Source: the human T2T-CHM13v2.0 reference genome, Homo sapiens
Strand: one strand, 5' to 3'
Assembly (NCBI RefSeq): GCF_009914755.1
Contig: NC_060947.1
Length of the DNA: 64,000 bases
The translations under genes and the position numbers were made by a program. A model generated the notes under the pieces. That model saw only the letters and a list, made by a program, of their open reading frames with translations. It was not told the DNA's origin and searched no databases. Below are positions 32,204 through 45,791 of this stretch, piece after piece. The first letter of the stretch is position 1; each line of letters opens with the position of its first letter.

Positions 32204-35200
32204 TTTTTTATTTTTCTTGTAATTTTTAAAATTATTGTGGGCAACTAGTAGGTTTATATCTTTATGAAGTACATGCAATGTTTCCATACAGGCTTGCAAT
32301 GTGAAATAAGCACATCATGGAGAATAAAACTCTCATCCCCTCAAGCATGTATCCTTTGAGTTACAAACAATCCAATTACATTCTTTAAGTTGTTTTAAAA
32401 TATACAATAAAGTTACTATTAACTATATTCACCCTACTGTGATACCAAATAGTAGGTATTTTTCATTCTTTCTAATTTTTTGAACCAGTTAACCATCCCC
32501 ACCTCCCCGCCAACGCCCTGCTACCCTTCCCAGCCTCTGTTAACTATCCTTCTACTCTCTATATACATGAGTTCAATTGATTTGATTTTTAGTTCCCACA
32601 AATAAGTGAGAACATATGATGTTTGCCTTTCTGTGCCTGGCTTATTTCACCTAACATACAGGTCTCCAGTTCCATATATGTTGTTGCAAATGACTGGATC
32701 TCATTCTTTTTTTATGGCTGAATAATACTTAATTGTGTATATGTATCACATTTTCTTTATCAATTCATCTGCTGATGGTAACTCAGGTTGCTTCCAAATT
32801 TTAGTTATTGTCAACAGTGCTGCAACAAACATAGAAGTTCAGATATCTCTTCGATATACTGATTTCTTTTCCTTGGGGTATATACCAAGCAGTGAGATTG
32901 CTGGAACATATGGTAGTTCCATTTATTGTTTTCTGAGGAAATGCCAAACTGTTCTCCATAGTGGTTGTACTAAATTACATTCCTGTCAACAGGGCATGAG
33001 AGTTCACTTTTCTTCACATCCTCACCAGCATTTGTTATTGCCTGTATTTTGAATATAAACCATTTTAATTGGGGTGAGATGATATCTTATTGTAGTTTTG
33101 ATTTGCATTTATCTGATGATCAATGATTTTGAGCATTTTTAATATGCCTGTCTGTTATTTGTATATCTTCTTTTGAGAAATGTGTATTCAAATTTTTAGC
33201 CCATTTCTTGATGTGATTATTATAATTTTTTCCCTATACATTTGTTTGAGCTCTTTATATAATCTGGTTATTATTTCCTTGTTAGATGGGTAGTTTGCAA
33301 ATATTTTCTCCCATTCTGTGGGTTGTCTCTTCCCTTTGTTGATTGTATTCTTTATCGTGCAAAAGCTTTTTAACTTGCTGTGATCTCATTTGTACATGTT
33401 GCTTTAGTTGCCTGTGCTTGTAGAGTATTACTCCAGACATTTTTTCCCAGTTCAATGTCCTGGAGATTTTCTGAAATTTTTTTTTGTAGTAGCTGCAGAG
33501 TTTGAGGTCTTAGATTTATGTATTTAATCTATTTTGATTTGATTTTTGTATATGGTGAGAGATAGGGGTGTAGTTTTATTCTTTTGCATACAGATGTCCA
33601 GTTTGCCCAGCACCATTTACTGAAGAGACTGTCTGTTCTCCAGTGTATGTTCTTGGCACCTTTAACAAAAATAAGATCACTGTAGGTGTGTGGATTTGCT
33701 TCTGGGTTCTCAATTCTGTTCTATTGGTCTATTTTTATGCCAGTATCATGTTTTTATGCCAGTATCATGCTGTTTTGGTTACTATAGCTCTATAGCTTCA
33801 AATTTGAAGTCAGATAATGTGATTGTTCCAGTTGTTTTGTTTTGTTTTGCTTATGAAAGCTTTGGATATTCTGTGTCTTCTGTGGTTTCATATAAATTTT
33901 AAGATTTTTTTTTTCTATTTAAGTGAAGAATGTCATTGGTATTTTGATAAGGATTGCATTGATTCCATAGGATGCCTTGGGTAGTATGGACATTTTAACA
34001 ATATTAATTCTTTCAATCCATGAACATGGAATATTTTGTCATTTTTTGGTGTCCTCTTCAATTTCGTTTATCAGTGTTTGATAGTTTTTATTATAAATAT
34101 TTTTCACTTCTTTGGTTAATTCCTAGGCATTTAATTTCATGTGTGGCTATTGTAAATGGGATTGCTTTTTTTATTTCTTTTTCACATTGTTCACTGGTGG
34201 CATATAGAAATGCAACTGATTTTTGTATACTGATTTTGTATCCTGCAAGTTTACTGAATTTATTTATCAGTTCTAATAGGTTTCTTGTGGCATCATTTTT
34301 TCCAAATATAAGATCATATCATCAGCAAACAAGGATAATTTGACTTTTTCCTTTCTAATTTAAATGACCTTTATATTTCTCTCTTATCTGCTTGCTCTAG
34401 CTAGGAATCCCAGTACTACGTTGAATAGTGGTGATGACAATGGGAATCCTTGCCATTTTCCAGATCTTGGAGGAAAGGCTTTGAGTTTTTCCCCATTGAG
34501 TATGACACTAGTGTGTCTGTTGTATATGACTTTTATCATGTTGAGGTATGCTCTTTCTATCCCTAGTTTTATGAGGGTTTATATCATGAAGCGATGTTGA
34601 ATTTTATCAAATGTTTTTTCAGTATCAATTGAAATGATTATATGGTTTTTATTATTCTTTCCATTGATATGATGTATCATATTGATTGATTAATTTGCAT
34701 ATGCTGAACCATACTTGCATCCCTGGGATAAATCTCACTTGGTCAAGATGAAAAATCTTTCTAATGCATTGTTTTATTTGGCTTTCCAGTGTTTTGTTGA
34801 GGATTTTTGCATCAATATGCATCAGAGATATTGGTCTGTAGTTTTCTATTTTGGATGTGTCTTTGTTTTTGCTATCAGGGTAACACTGGCCTCATAGAAT
34901 TAATTTGAAAGCATGGCCTCCCTCTCTATTTTTTTGAATAGTTTGTGTTGGATTAGTATTAGTTCTTTTTTAAATGTTTGGTAGAATTAGTTCTTTTTTT
35001 AAATGTTTGTTAGAATTCAGCAGTGAAACCATTGGGTCCCAGGCCTCTCTTTACTGGGGTATTTTTATTATGGTTTCTACCTTGTTACTTGTTATTGGTC
35101 TGTTCAGGTTATGGATTTCCTTCTGTTTCAATCTTGGCAGTTTGTATGTGTCTAGGATTTCGATTTCTCTATTTCTTCTAGATTTTTCAACTTATTGGCA

Positions 35201-36938
35201 TATAATTGCTCACATATAATTTTTCAACTTATTGGCATAAAATTGGCATATAGTTGCTCACAGTAGCCATTATTTATCTTTTGATTTGCTGCAGTATCAG
35301 TTGCAATGTCTCCTTTCTTATTCCTGGTTTTATTTATTTGGATCTTCTCTTTTTTTTTTCTTTGTTAGTCTGATAAAGTTTCGTCGATTTGGTTTAACTT
35401 TTCAAAAAAACAACTTTTTGTTTCATTGATCTTTTGTATTTGTTTATTTCAATTTTATTTATTTCTCCTCTGATCTTTATTATTTCTTTTCTTCTACTAA
35501 TTTTGGGTTAGTTTTGCTCTTGCCTTTCCAGTTACATGCATTATTTAAGTGTTTATTTGAAGTTTATCTTCTTTTTTGATGGAGGCACTTATAACTATAA
35601 ACTTCCCTCTGAGTACTGCTTTTTCAGTATCCCATAGGTTTTCGTATGTTGTGTTTTTATTATTATTTGTTTCAAGAAATGTTTAAATTGTCTTCTTAAT
35701 TTCCTCATTGACTCACTGGTCATTCAGGAGCATATTGTTTAATTTCCATGTATTGTATAGTTTCCACAATTCCTTTGGTTACTAATTTCTAGTTTTACTC
35801 CATTGTAGTGAAAGAAGATGTTTGATATTATTCAAGTTTTTAGACTGTTTTAAGACTGGTTTTGAAAAAAAAAAAATACTGGTTTTGTTACCTAACATAT
35901 GTTCTATCCTTGAGAATGATTCATGTGCTGAGGAAAACAATGTGTATTCTGCAGCTCTTGGATGAAATGTTCTGTAAATATCTATTAGATACATTTGGTT
36001 TACAGTGCAAATTGAGTCTGATTTTTCTTTGTTGATTTTCTGTCTGAAAGATCTGGCCAATGAAGAAAGTGGGGTGCTGAACGATTCAGCTATTATTGTA
36101 TCACAGACCATCTCTCTCTTTAGCTCTAATAATATTTTCTCTATCTATCTGGGTGATCCAGTGTTGGGTACATATATATTTAAAATTGTTATATTCTTTT
36201 GCTGAATTCACTACTTTATCATTATATAGTGACCTTCTTTGTCTCTTCTTGTAGATTTTGTCTTGAAATCTATTTTTTCTGACATAAGTATAGCAATTCC
36301 TGTTGTTTTTTGGTTTCCATTGACAGAATATCTTTTTCCATCTCTTTATTTTCAGTTGTCATTTGTCTTTATAAGTAAAGTATATTTCTTGCAGGCAACA
36401 GATCAATGGGTTTTGTTTTTGCATCCATTAAGCCATTCTATGTCTTTTGAATGGATATTTTAGTCTATTTGCATTTAATGTTATTATTGATGAGTAAGGA
36501 CTTGCTCTTGCCATTTTGTTATTTGCTTTATGGTTGTTTTGTTGTCTTCTTGATTTTCTCTGGTGATTGGATTTATTTTCTTGCTTTTGTTGTTGTGTAT
36601 CCATTGTAGTATTTTTTTTTTTTTTTGGTTTGAGGTTACCATGAGGCTAGCAAATACTACCTTATAACTTATTATTTTAACCTGATAACAACACTTTTGC
36701 ATAAGCAAGCAAAAATAAAACAAATAAAAACTCTGTTCCTTATATTCATTCCCCTACTTTTAAACTTTTTATTGTTTGTAATTATATCATATTGTGGTGA
36801 TAATGTCTTGAAAAGTTGTTGTAGTTATTACTTTTGATTGGTTCATCATTTAGTATTTATACCTAGGATAAGAGTAGCTTACACACCACAGTTACTGTGT
36901 TTAACTGTCTGCTTTCTGTGTATTTACTATTACCAGTG

Positions 36939-36980
<42 letters not shown>

Positions 36981-39945
36981 CAGGTGTTTATTTATTCCTC
37001 ATTAATGTCCTTTTTTATCTGACTGAAGTACTCTTTTTACCATTACTTGTAGGACAGGCCTAATAAGGATGAAATCCCTCATCTTTTGTTTGTCTGGGAA
37101 ACCCTATTTCTCCTTCATGTTTAAAGGATATTTTCACTGGGTATACTATTCTTGTTTTTTCTTCAGCATTTAAAATATGTCATGGCACTCTCTCCTGTCT
37201 GTATGGTTTGCACTGAAAAGTCTACAGCCAGATGTATTAGAACTTCATTGTATGTTACTTGTTTCTTTTCTCTTGCTACTTTTAAAATCCTTTCTTTTTC
37301 CTTCACCTTTGGGAGTTTGCTTACTGAATGCCTTGAGGTAGTCGTCTTTAGGTTAAATCTACTTGGTGTCTATAACCTTCTTGGACTTGCATGTTGATAC
37401 CTTTCTCTAGGTTTTGAAATTTCTCTGTTATTGTGCCTTTGAATAAACTTTCTACTCTTATCTCTTTCTCCACCTCCTCTTTAAGGACAATAACTTTGAA
37501 ATTTGTCCTTTTGAAGCTATTTTCTAGATTCTGTAGACATGCTTCATTGTGTTTTATTCTCTTTTCTTTTGTCTCTTCTGTGTATTTTCAATTATCCTGT
37601 ATTCAAGCTCACCAATTCTTTCTTCTGCTCGATCCATTCTGCTATTAAAGAACTCTGATGCATTCTTCAGTATGCCAGTTGCATTTTCAACTGTGCTTGA
37701 TTCTTTTAAATGATTTCAATCTCTTTGTTAAATTTATCTAATACACTTCTGAATTCCTTCTCTGTGTTACCTCGACTTTCTTTGAGTTTCCTTAACACAG
37801 CTATTTTGAATTCTCTGTCTGAATGGTCACATATCTCTGTTTCTTTGGCATTGTTTCCTGGTGCCTTATTTAGTTTATTTGGTTAGATTTTATTTTACGG
37901 GATGGTGATAATGCTAATAGATATTCTTTGGTGTCTGGGCATGGAAGGATTAGGTATTTATTACAGTCTTCACTGTCTGGGTTTATTTGTAGCTCTCCTT
38001 GGGAAGGACTTTCAGATATTTTGAAATGACTTGAGTGTTGTGATCTTAGCTGTATCTGCTTTAGGGGACACTTCAAGCCCAGTAATACTGTGGTTCTTCC
38101 AGACTAATAGAGGTGCCATCTTGATGGTCTTGGAACAGTTCAGGAAGAATTCTCTTCATCACCAGACAGAATGTCTTGTTCCCTTCCTATACTTCCTCTA
38201 AAACATACAGTCTCTCTCTCCATTCTGAGCCACCTAAAGTCTGGGTTCAAGTAACACAAGCACCCCTGTGGCCACCACCACTACAACTGCACTGGGTCAG
38301 ACCTGAAACCAATGCAGCACTGGGTCTTGCTGAAGGCCTGCTTTAATCACTCTCTGTCTACTGCCTATGATCGCTTATGACCATGGGGCTCTACTATCAG
38401 CAGGTGGAAAAGCCAGCCAGGCCTATGTCCTTCCCATGATGGTAGCAATGTCCCCCATTCCCTGGGTGGGTCTAGAAGTGTCATCTCGGTTTCAGGGACT
38501 AGAGTGAAGAACCTTAGAAGTTTACTTTGTGTTCTATAGTATTGTGGCTGAGGGGGCACTCAAACCACAAGACACAGTTCTTCTCACTCTTCCTTCTTTT
38601 TTCCAAAGGCACAGGAGCCTCACTTTATAGGAACTACCACCCCAAGCCATGAGGTGTCTGGCAGTAGCCAGTCTACCACTGAGTTTCCCTTAAGGCTTGA
38701 GATCTTTTAAGTCAGTTTGTCATGAATGCTGACTGGTCTAAGACTCACCCTTCAGGACAGTGGGCTCCCCTTTGGCCCAGGGCAGATCCAGAAATGCTGT
38801 CTAAGAGTCAATTCCTGGACTCGTGAACTCTAAAAGTCCACTTGGAGTTCTGTCCCAAAGGGGCCATGCTGGTATCTAAGGTGCAATATAAAGTTCCCTT
38901 TACTTTTCCCTCTGCTTTCCTCACACAGGAATTTTGCCCTAAAGCAACCAAGGCTGGTTATGTGCGAAGTCTCACCTAAAACCGGCACACCTCAGAGGTT
39001 CACCCAATGCGTTTGATGTGGTACCTTGGTATTGCTGCTGGTTATTCAAGGCCCAAAGTCTCTTTAGTTAGCCAGTGATAAATGCTGCCAGGACTGGTCT
39101 TTTCCTTCAAGGCAGCAGATTCCCTTCTGGCCCTTGGTGTGTCTGTATATGTCTGGGAGCCAGGGTCTGCAATGAGGGCCTCAGGACTCTGACCAGTGCC
39201 CTATCTTGCTGTTGCTGAGCTGGCATCCTAGATGCAAGACAAAGTCCACTTCACTCTTCCCTCTCCTCTCCTCAAGCAGAAGAAAGGGGTCTCTTTGGAG
39301 CTATGAGCTGTGCAGTCTGGGCGTAGGGGAGGTGTGAATGCCAGCACTCCATTGGCTCTCCCAGCTGGTGTCTCTGTATGTTGTGTGCCTCCCCCAACAG
39401 TCCACTGTTTCTGGGCCTAATTTAGCACTAGGATTTTCCTAAGAGTTGCAATCCTTATGGTGTAGACTGCCTTTCAAGGTTACTTAGAGAAACAGAGTCC
39501 TACAGTGCATGGTGGTAAAGCTTGAGAGAACTCAAGTTTCAACCACTTCAGCTGGTGATTCCCCTCTGGCTAGTGCTTGTTTGTATGCTCCCTCCATGGG
39601 CAGGCATCAGCTAAGTTTGGTCCAGTTTTTCTTTCTGCTCTAACAGGACAGTACTGAGTTCAGTGTCTCACGGTTGCTGTGTTCTCCCTCCCCCAGGGCC
39701 CAGAGAAGTTCTGTGCACCATGCTGCTCCTGCTGGGGTTGGAGGAGTGGTGGCACTGGCAATTCAGAACTGTTGTTTTATCTCTTCAGTGCCTCTTTCAG
39801 CAATATGAACTAAAAACCTGGTAATGTGAGTGCTCATCTGATTTTTCCTTCTTATGTGGGTGTCTTTTCTGTGTAGATAGTTGTTGGTGTCTTGGTGTCC
39901 CTGTGGGGAGACAATCAATGGAGGCTTTGGTTCTGCAATCTTTGG
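32204..39945 (-). mobile_element. Full-length degenerate L1MA (L1MA1/2-like), about 7.7 kb
   Basis: 3' UTR cccctcaagcatgtatcctttgagttacaaacaatcc; ORF2 remnants to about 36520; ORF1 about 37080-37900; long GC-richer 5' UTR to 39945. TSD CTWTATGTTA at 32194-32203 and 39946-39955. Confidence 0.92.
36942..36975. repeat. Pure poly-T, 34 nt
   Basis: Directly visible. Confidence 0.97.
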
Positions 39946-39955
39946 CTTTATGTTA

Positions 39956-41182
39956 CTAATGTAACAAATTGCATGTTTATACAATGTGTGCTCATTATTG
40001 TAAATTCATACTTATTTTTATGCTTTTATCTCTGAAATCCTGTAAAAAATCAAAAGTGGAGTTAAAAATAAAAGTATATCATATTTTCTTAAGTATTTCT
40101 CCATGTATTTACTTTTACCAGGGATTTTTATATCTTCTTATGACTTCAAGTTACTGTCCAGTTTCCATTTATTTCAAGTGGCAAAAATCCATTAAACTTT
40201 CTTGTAGGGCACCTCCAGTGGTAACAAACTCCTTCATCTTTCGTTGATCTGAAAATTTCTTAATTTCTCCCTCATTTTTGAAAGACAGTTTTGCTAGCCA
40301 TATAATTCTCTGTTGACAAGTTTTTATTTTTTCAGTGCTTTGAATATATCCCCCTATTGCCTTCTAGACCTCAAAGTTACTGCTGATTAAGTGATAATCT
40401 TCTTATAGAGAATCTCTTGTATGTGATGAGTCATTTACCTCTTACTAGTTTCAAGATATTCTGTCTTTGCCTTTTGACAGTTTTATTATAATGTGTCTCC
40501 ATGTGTGTCTTTTTGTGTTTATTCTATTCAAAGTTTGTTTGGCTTCTTGGATCTGTAGATTCATGTCTTCTATAATTTGGGAAGTTTTGGCTGTTATTTC
40601 TTCAAATAATCTCTGCCCTTTTTTTCTCTCTTTTTCTTCTTAGACTCTTTTGATGTATGTATTGGTTCATTTGATGTTATCCCCCATGTCTCTGAGGGTC
40701 TGTCACTTTTCTTCACTCTATCATTCTTCTCTGCAGATGTGATAATTTCAATTGTCTTGAATTCAAATTCATTGATTCTAAGTTCTGTTTGCTCAAATCC
40801 ACTGTTAAATCCCTCTGCTGAATTTTTGAATTTAACGACTGTATTGCTTTCAGGACCAGATTTTGTATTTTGTTCCTTTATGTAATCTCTATCATTTTGT
40901 TGATATTATTATTTTGTTCATATATAATTTTCCTGATTTCTTTTACTTTTTCTTTTTTTTCTTTAGCTTTTTGAGCATATTAGAACAGTTGTTTTAATGT
41001 CTTCCTGTAGTAATTCTGATGTCTTTGTTTCCTCAGGGATTGTTTCTGCAAATTTATTTTCTTCCTGTGAATGGGCTATGATTTCCTGTTTCTTTGTATG
41101 CCTTGTGATTTGTTGTTTTTGTTTTTAGAAATTTGGCATTTGAAAAAAACAGCCTTCTTTTTCAGTCATTGCAGTCTGCCTC
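39956..41182 (-). mobile_element. Continuation of the host old L1 (inter-ORF/ORF1 region), cut off at about 41182
   Basis: gtggtaacaaactccttcatctt...ctgaaaa, ttttgaaagacagttttgct and tttgggaagttttggctgttatttcttcaaata are antisense L1M ORF1-like. Confidence 0.75.
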
Positions 41183-41219
41183 TTCATTGACTACTTCAAT
41201 GAAACAGACATTCCTTCAT

Positions 41220-41495
41220 CCAGCAGATTAGTAGCAACATGCACAGTTAGCTATGGGACCTAGGACCCTACATCAACATTCAGATATAATGTTTTTTATT
41301 TCATTTACACCTTCCAAAGTTCATGCATATTGCTCTTGTGATAAACTCAAACCCAAAATGATACATCTTTTAAGTTTAGCTAGACTGACACATTGTGAAA
41401 CCACCATGATCACTCAGGAGAAGTATTTACTAAGGGGACTGAAAGCAAAAGAAAACTATGCACTATATTATGTAATATGAGGGATTTTGAAGTTC
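41220..41495 (-). repeat. Left arm of a 276-bp inverted duplication (copy of 43194-43469)
   Basis: Manual alignment gives about 17 mismatches and no gaps. ORF-track peptides 41253+ and 43239- are near identical. Confidence 0.97.
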
Positions 41496-41805
41496 TGATG
41501 CATGCATACACAATTTGAGTGTGGCAAGCTAAAATCCAAAAAATTTTAAGTATGTGGCATTATGTCTGTTGGATAAATTGAACAAAGTCTACCCTAATTA
41601 TGACCTCATAATTTCAATGACTGAGATGTTGCAATAGATTACATAGATAATATTTGCTAGTGATTAAATGCAGGTTTCCAGAGAAAAACACTCTTTTTTC
41701 CTAAAAACTTAATAATTTTCAATGTTCTCAAGGAAGTTCTCAAAGCTGGCTAGCTTGATAAAATGATATAAAGGAAAGGATAGCAACATAAAACCTAAGT
41801 CAGGA

Positions 41806-41838
41806 TCTCTCTCTCTCTCTCTCTTCCAGATTCTCCTT

Positions 41839-41886
<48 letters not shown>
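41806..41886. repeat. (CT)n ... (CT)n(GT)n compound microsatellite
   Basis: Directly visible. Confidence 0.95.
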
Positions 41887-41890
<4 letters not shown>

Positions 41891-42377
41891 TACATATAGT
41901 CTGGAACTGAAGAACTAATGCAACAGGGCAGGGCTCTCTGGTGATTACTGGAAAAGTCTATACTGTAGTTACTCTGAGAGTTGTCAGAGAAGTTTTGTGG
42001 GCCTTGAAATCAGAGCAACCACAGCCTCCTTTCCTCAAGCCATTCTAATTCAGTCCAATGTAATTAATTTTAATTAATTGATCACCCACTGGGTTGCCAT
42101 GGGCTATGATCTATTTTTTTAATGAACATGACTGGCAAGTTCAAATTCATGTGAAAATAACTGGAGGGAAGAAGCCAGATTAGTCATTTCTAACCTCTTC
42201 CCATGATACTTACCACAAAGAGAACATCTTATTGCTAGAGTTACCTAAATGGTAAAGTTCATGTGGGCTTTTTGTGACATCTATGATACTGTTAGAAGTA
42301 CATGCTAATTACTAAATATGGGCATAAGTATAATTTATATAATAAGACAGCTGAACCAGTCATAAAAAGTAATCTCC

Positions 42378-42693
<316 letters not shown>

Positions 42694-43193
42694 TCTCCTC
42701 AGTTGGATTTGGACTGTGAACAATTTGCTGAAATTATGACATTATTTTTTAAAAAATTAGACCAGTTCAGGTCCAATTAAAAAAAATAAACTTTTCAGAA
42801 ATTCAACCGAATGACAAGCTGATTGGTCACTGGATATTTACTATCAGATAACTAAAATTTTTCCCTCAGGGAATCTGCCCCAAATACGTCTGTTTCCTCT
42901 GCTACGTGTTTCTCGTCACATGCAAACCCACTAGTTATCTATTAATATGAAATTTACCATGGGGATTCCTACAGGATGTAGCAGGCAAAATGAGTAAATT
43001 TAACCCGACTCTGCAATTTGTTTTTTTCTTTTTCAGCTATCTTCAGCATTGAGAGATATCTTTTTACTTCAGCCCAACTGCTTAATTTCCCGATAGAAAT
43101 TTCTTCAATTGCCTTCCAAATAGAATGCACCTAACTCTTGATTGTCGTACAAATGAGAGAATAGAGTTGAAATAATGTCAGAGGCATTCATAT

Positions 43194-43469
43194 GAACTTC
43201 AAAATCCCTCATATTACATAACATAGTGCATAGTTTTTTTATGCTTTCAGTCCCCTTAGCAAATGCTTCTCCTGAGTGATCATGGTGGTTTCACAATGTG
43301 TCAATCTAACTAAACTTAAAAGATGTATAGTTTTGGGTTTGAGTTTGCCACAAGAGCAATATGCATGAACTTTGGAAGGTGTAAATAAAATAAAAAACAT
43401 TATATCTGAATGTTGGTGTAGGGTCCTAGGTCCCACAGCTGATTGTGCATGTTGCTGCTAATCTGCTGG
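43194..43469 (+). repeat. Right (source) arm of the 276-bp inverted duplication
   Basis: Reverse complement of 41220-41495; spans about 90 bp of flank plus the start of an MLT2-type LTR. Confidence 0.97.
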
Positions 43470-43929
43470 TTCACCTAGTTGACATGGGGTTGCAGCTGGT
43501 ACCACAACTCTCCAACATCTACCAGATTTCTACCTTCAACTTCTCCAAGTCCTGAGCCAAGCATGTGTATAGCTGCGTGGCAAGCACAACAGCTCATTCG
43601 GCAGTTTAATCGTGTTGTTGAGGATAAAGGCGATGAGAGACAAATATGGATATCAGTTAGCCCTCGTATGTTCTATTCCTTGTGAGTTCCAATTTTTTTT
43701 TTCTCATGGGATTCATTTTGTTCACACTCCCCTGTGTGACATCCAGATTTTTCCCAACCCCTTGGCTCTGCTGAATAAGCAACATCAGACATATCACCAG
43801 ACACAGGGACAACAGCCTGCCTCGGGAATGTTCAATTTCTTCAATTTCCTAAGATCTAAACCTTATATAAGCCTCTTATTCTCTAACACTCAGTGATTCT
43901 GCATCTCTGATTGAACTCTAACTGAAACA
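43283..43929 (+). mobile_element. Old ERVL LTR (MLT2E/F-like)
   Basis: Start tggtggtttcacaatgtgtcaa; end cttattctctaacactcagtgattctgcatctctgattgaactctaactgaaaca. Confidence 0.65.
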
Positions 43930-45751
43930 TGTTACACATAAATTACATTGTCCCTAACTTGGAGAATTTTTTAAATATGGTTTGTGGTAGATGCTCCTCC
44001 TGCTTTTCAGGACAATTATGAATAGCATTGTAATTCTTTTGCTAGACCAGAAATTTATGTATAAGGAATCGCTTCCAAATACTAATTCTATAAAAAATAT
44101 AAGTGTTTGCAGTTCCATTTATTAGCTAGGACATTTGGCATTCTTCTAAATGAAGATCTTACTATTTTGTAGCCCAGGGCAATGGTTTGACCTTTTCAAT
44201 ATTCCATAATTAGATTGGCTTCAATTCTACTTTGCCTTCTGTTTACAGTCTAAGCAGCCTCTGGGAAAGGGGCAGAGTGGCCAGCTGTTCACAGTTGAAA
44301 ATATTTTAAAGGTCAAAGAAATAGAGCATTTCAACTGTCTATTCTACTCAAATGTATTCACTTTTGTTTTTCATGGGAACCTAAATAAATAGAAAATGCA
44401 GTGTCTGTAAAACAAAGATGAAATCACTAAATGTTTCTACTTTATTTCAAAAATTTCTCAACTTACCTAGGTAGATGTCGCAACCTTTAAACAAAGAGAG
44501 GTGCACTTCTCAAACTATTTTTGTCTGTGTCTTTCTTCTGTCATACCTCCTCCCACTTGCAGCATACCTCTCTCTGCTTATTTGTATAAAATAGGATACC
44601 TCAACAAAATTGAAATGAAAGTTTAATGCTTCCATCTAATAAAATGAATGAAGTGATGCTTGCTTTGTGATACAGAGTCATATTTGAAGAAGTGCAAATG
44701 TTAACAGACTGGATTGTTCTAGTTAACAGAATTTGTGTGTTTAACCACAATCCTTTACACTTTAACCTGTTTCTAAGCTATTTAAACACATTTTCTGCTT
44801 AATGAGTAGATTTTAATTAATATCATCCTATGCTGCCTTGATAATTAAGGGAATCACATTATTATTAAGAGTGATTTTCTAGAATTGGATTTGGAGAAGA
44901 TGTGAATTCCTAAAGGACATACTGACCTCATAGTATAATAGGCAAGTTGTTTTTGTTGTTGCTTATCTGCTTGTTTAGCTGGTTTTTCACTCAGCTTAAT
45001 AATAAAACAAATTTTTAAGAAGAATATTTCTTTCCCTTGTAAATATACAAAGACAATTCATGGATAAATTAATATTCTGGTTGACTTGATAAAAAATAAT
45101 TGAGGTTTAACTGGTTAGGGATTTCTATAACCTAAATTTGAAATCCAAAAATATTCTTAGCATTTATTAAAAATTCTTTGAGAGATAATTAGAGACCCAG
45201 AACTATTTAATCAGCAGCATCATTGCTAACTCTATTGAATGGAGTTGCTAAATTTAATTATTTTGTGAGATTAATATTTTTTCCCAGGACTAAAATTTGT
45301 CTTTGTGTTAATATATACTATAGAAAACTTATGGTTATTTCCAAAGAGAAGGAATTGGGTTCCTTGCCAAGCTATCTAGACTTGAAATTCTGGGAGACAG
45401 CTCTTATCTGATCTACCTCAGGAACTAATTGATAAGAGAGGCAAGATACCATCTTGAGAAAATATGTGGAAATGGTGTGCCAAAAGGTTCACATTTTCTT
45501 CAAGGAATTGGAGTAGTTTAAAGAAGCTAAGGGCATGACACTGCAGTGTTACACAATCATGCTTGCTTACAGTACTCTAAAGTAAAGATTTTTATGGCAA
45601 GAACTACAAGCTGATAACTTTCACAAGGGCTACCTGTTCATCTGAGGGAGTAGAACAACCTAGAAAAGCCCTAGAAACAAAGTTACAATTACATACACCT
45701 TGAAGGAAACAAAGACATAGCAAAATATCAAACTACTGCTGCAAAAGAATA

Positions 45752-45753
<2 letters not shown>

Positions 45754-45788
<35 letters not shown>
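45754..45788. repeat. (CA)n microsatellite, about 17 units
   Basis: Directly visible. Confidence 0.97.

Positions 45789-45791
<3 letters not shown>

Noticed and set aside
42990-44470. Splice-like signals (polypyrimidine-CAG at about 43036 on plus; AGGTAAGT at 44461-44468 on minus)
   Set aside because: They are on opposite strands with no paired site defining a plausible exon, and such motifs are common in AT-rich DNA. Transcript data would be needed.
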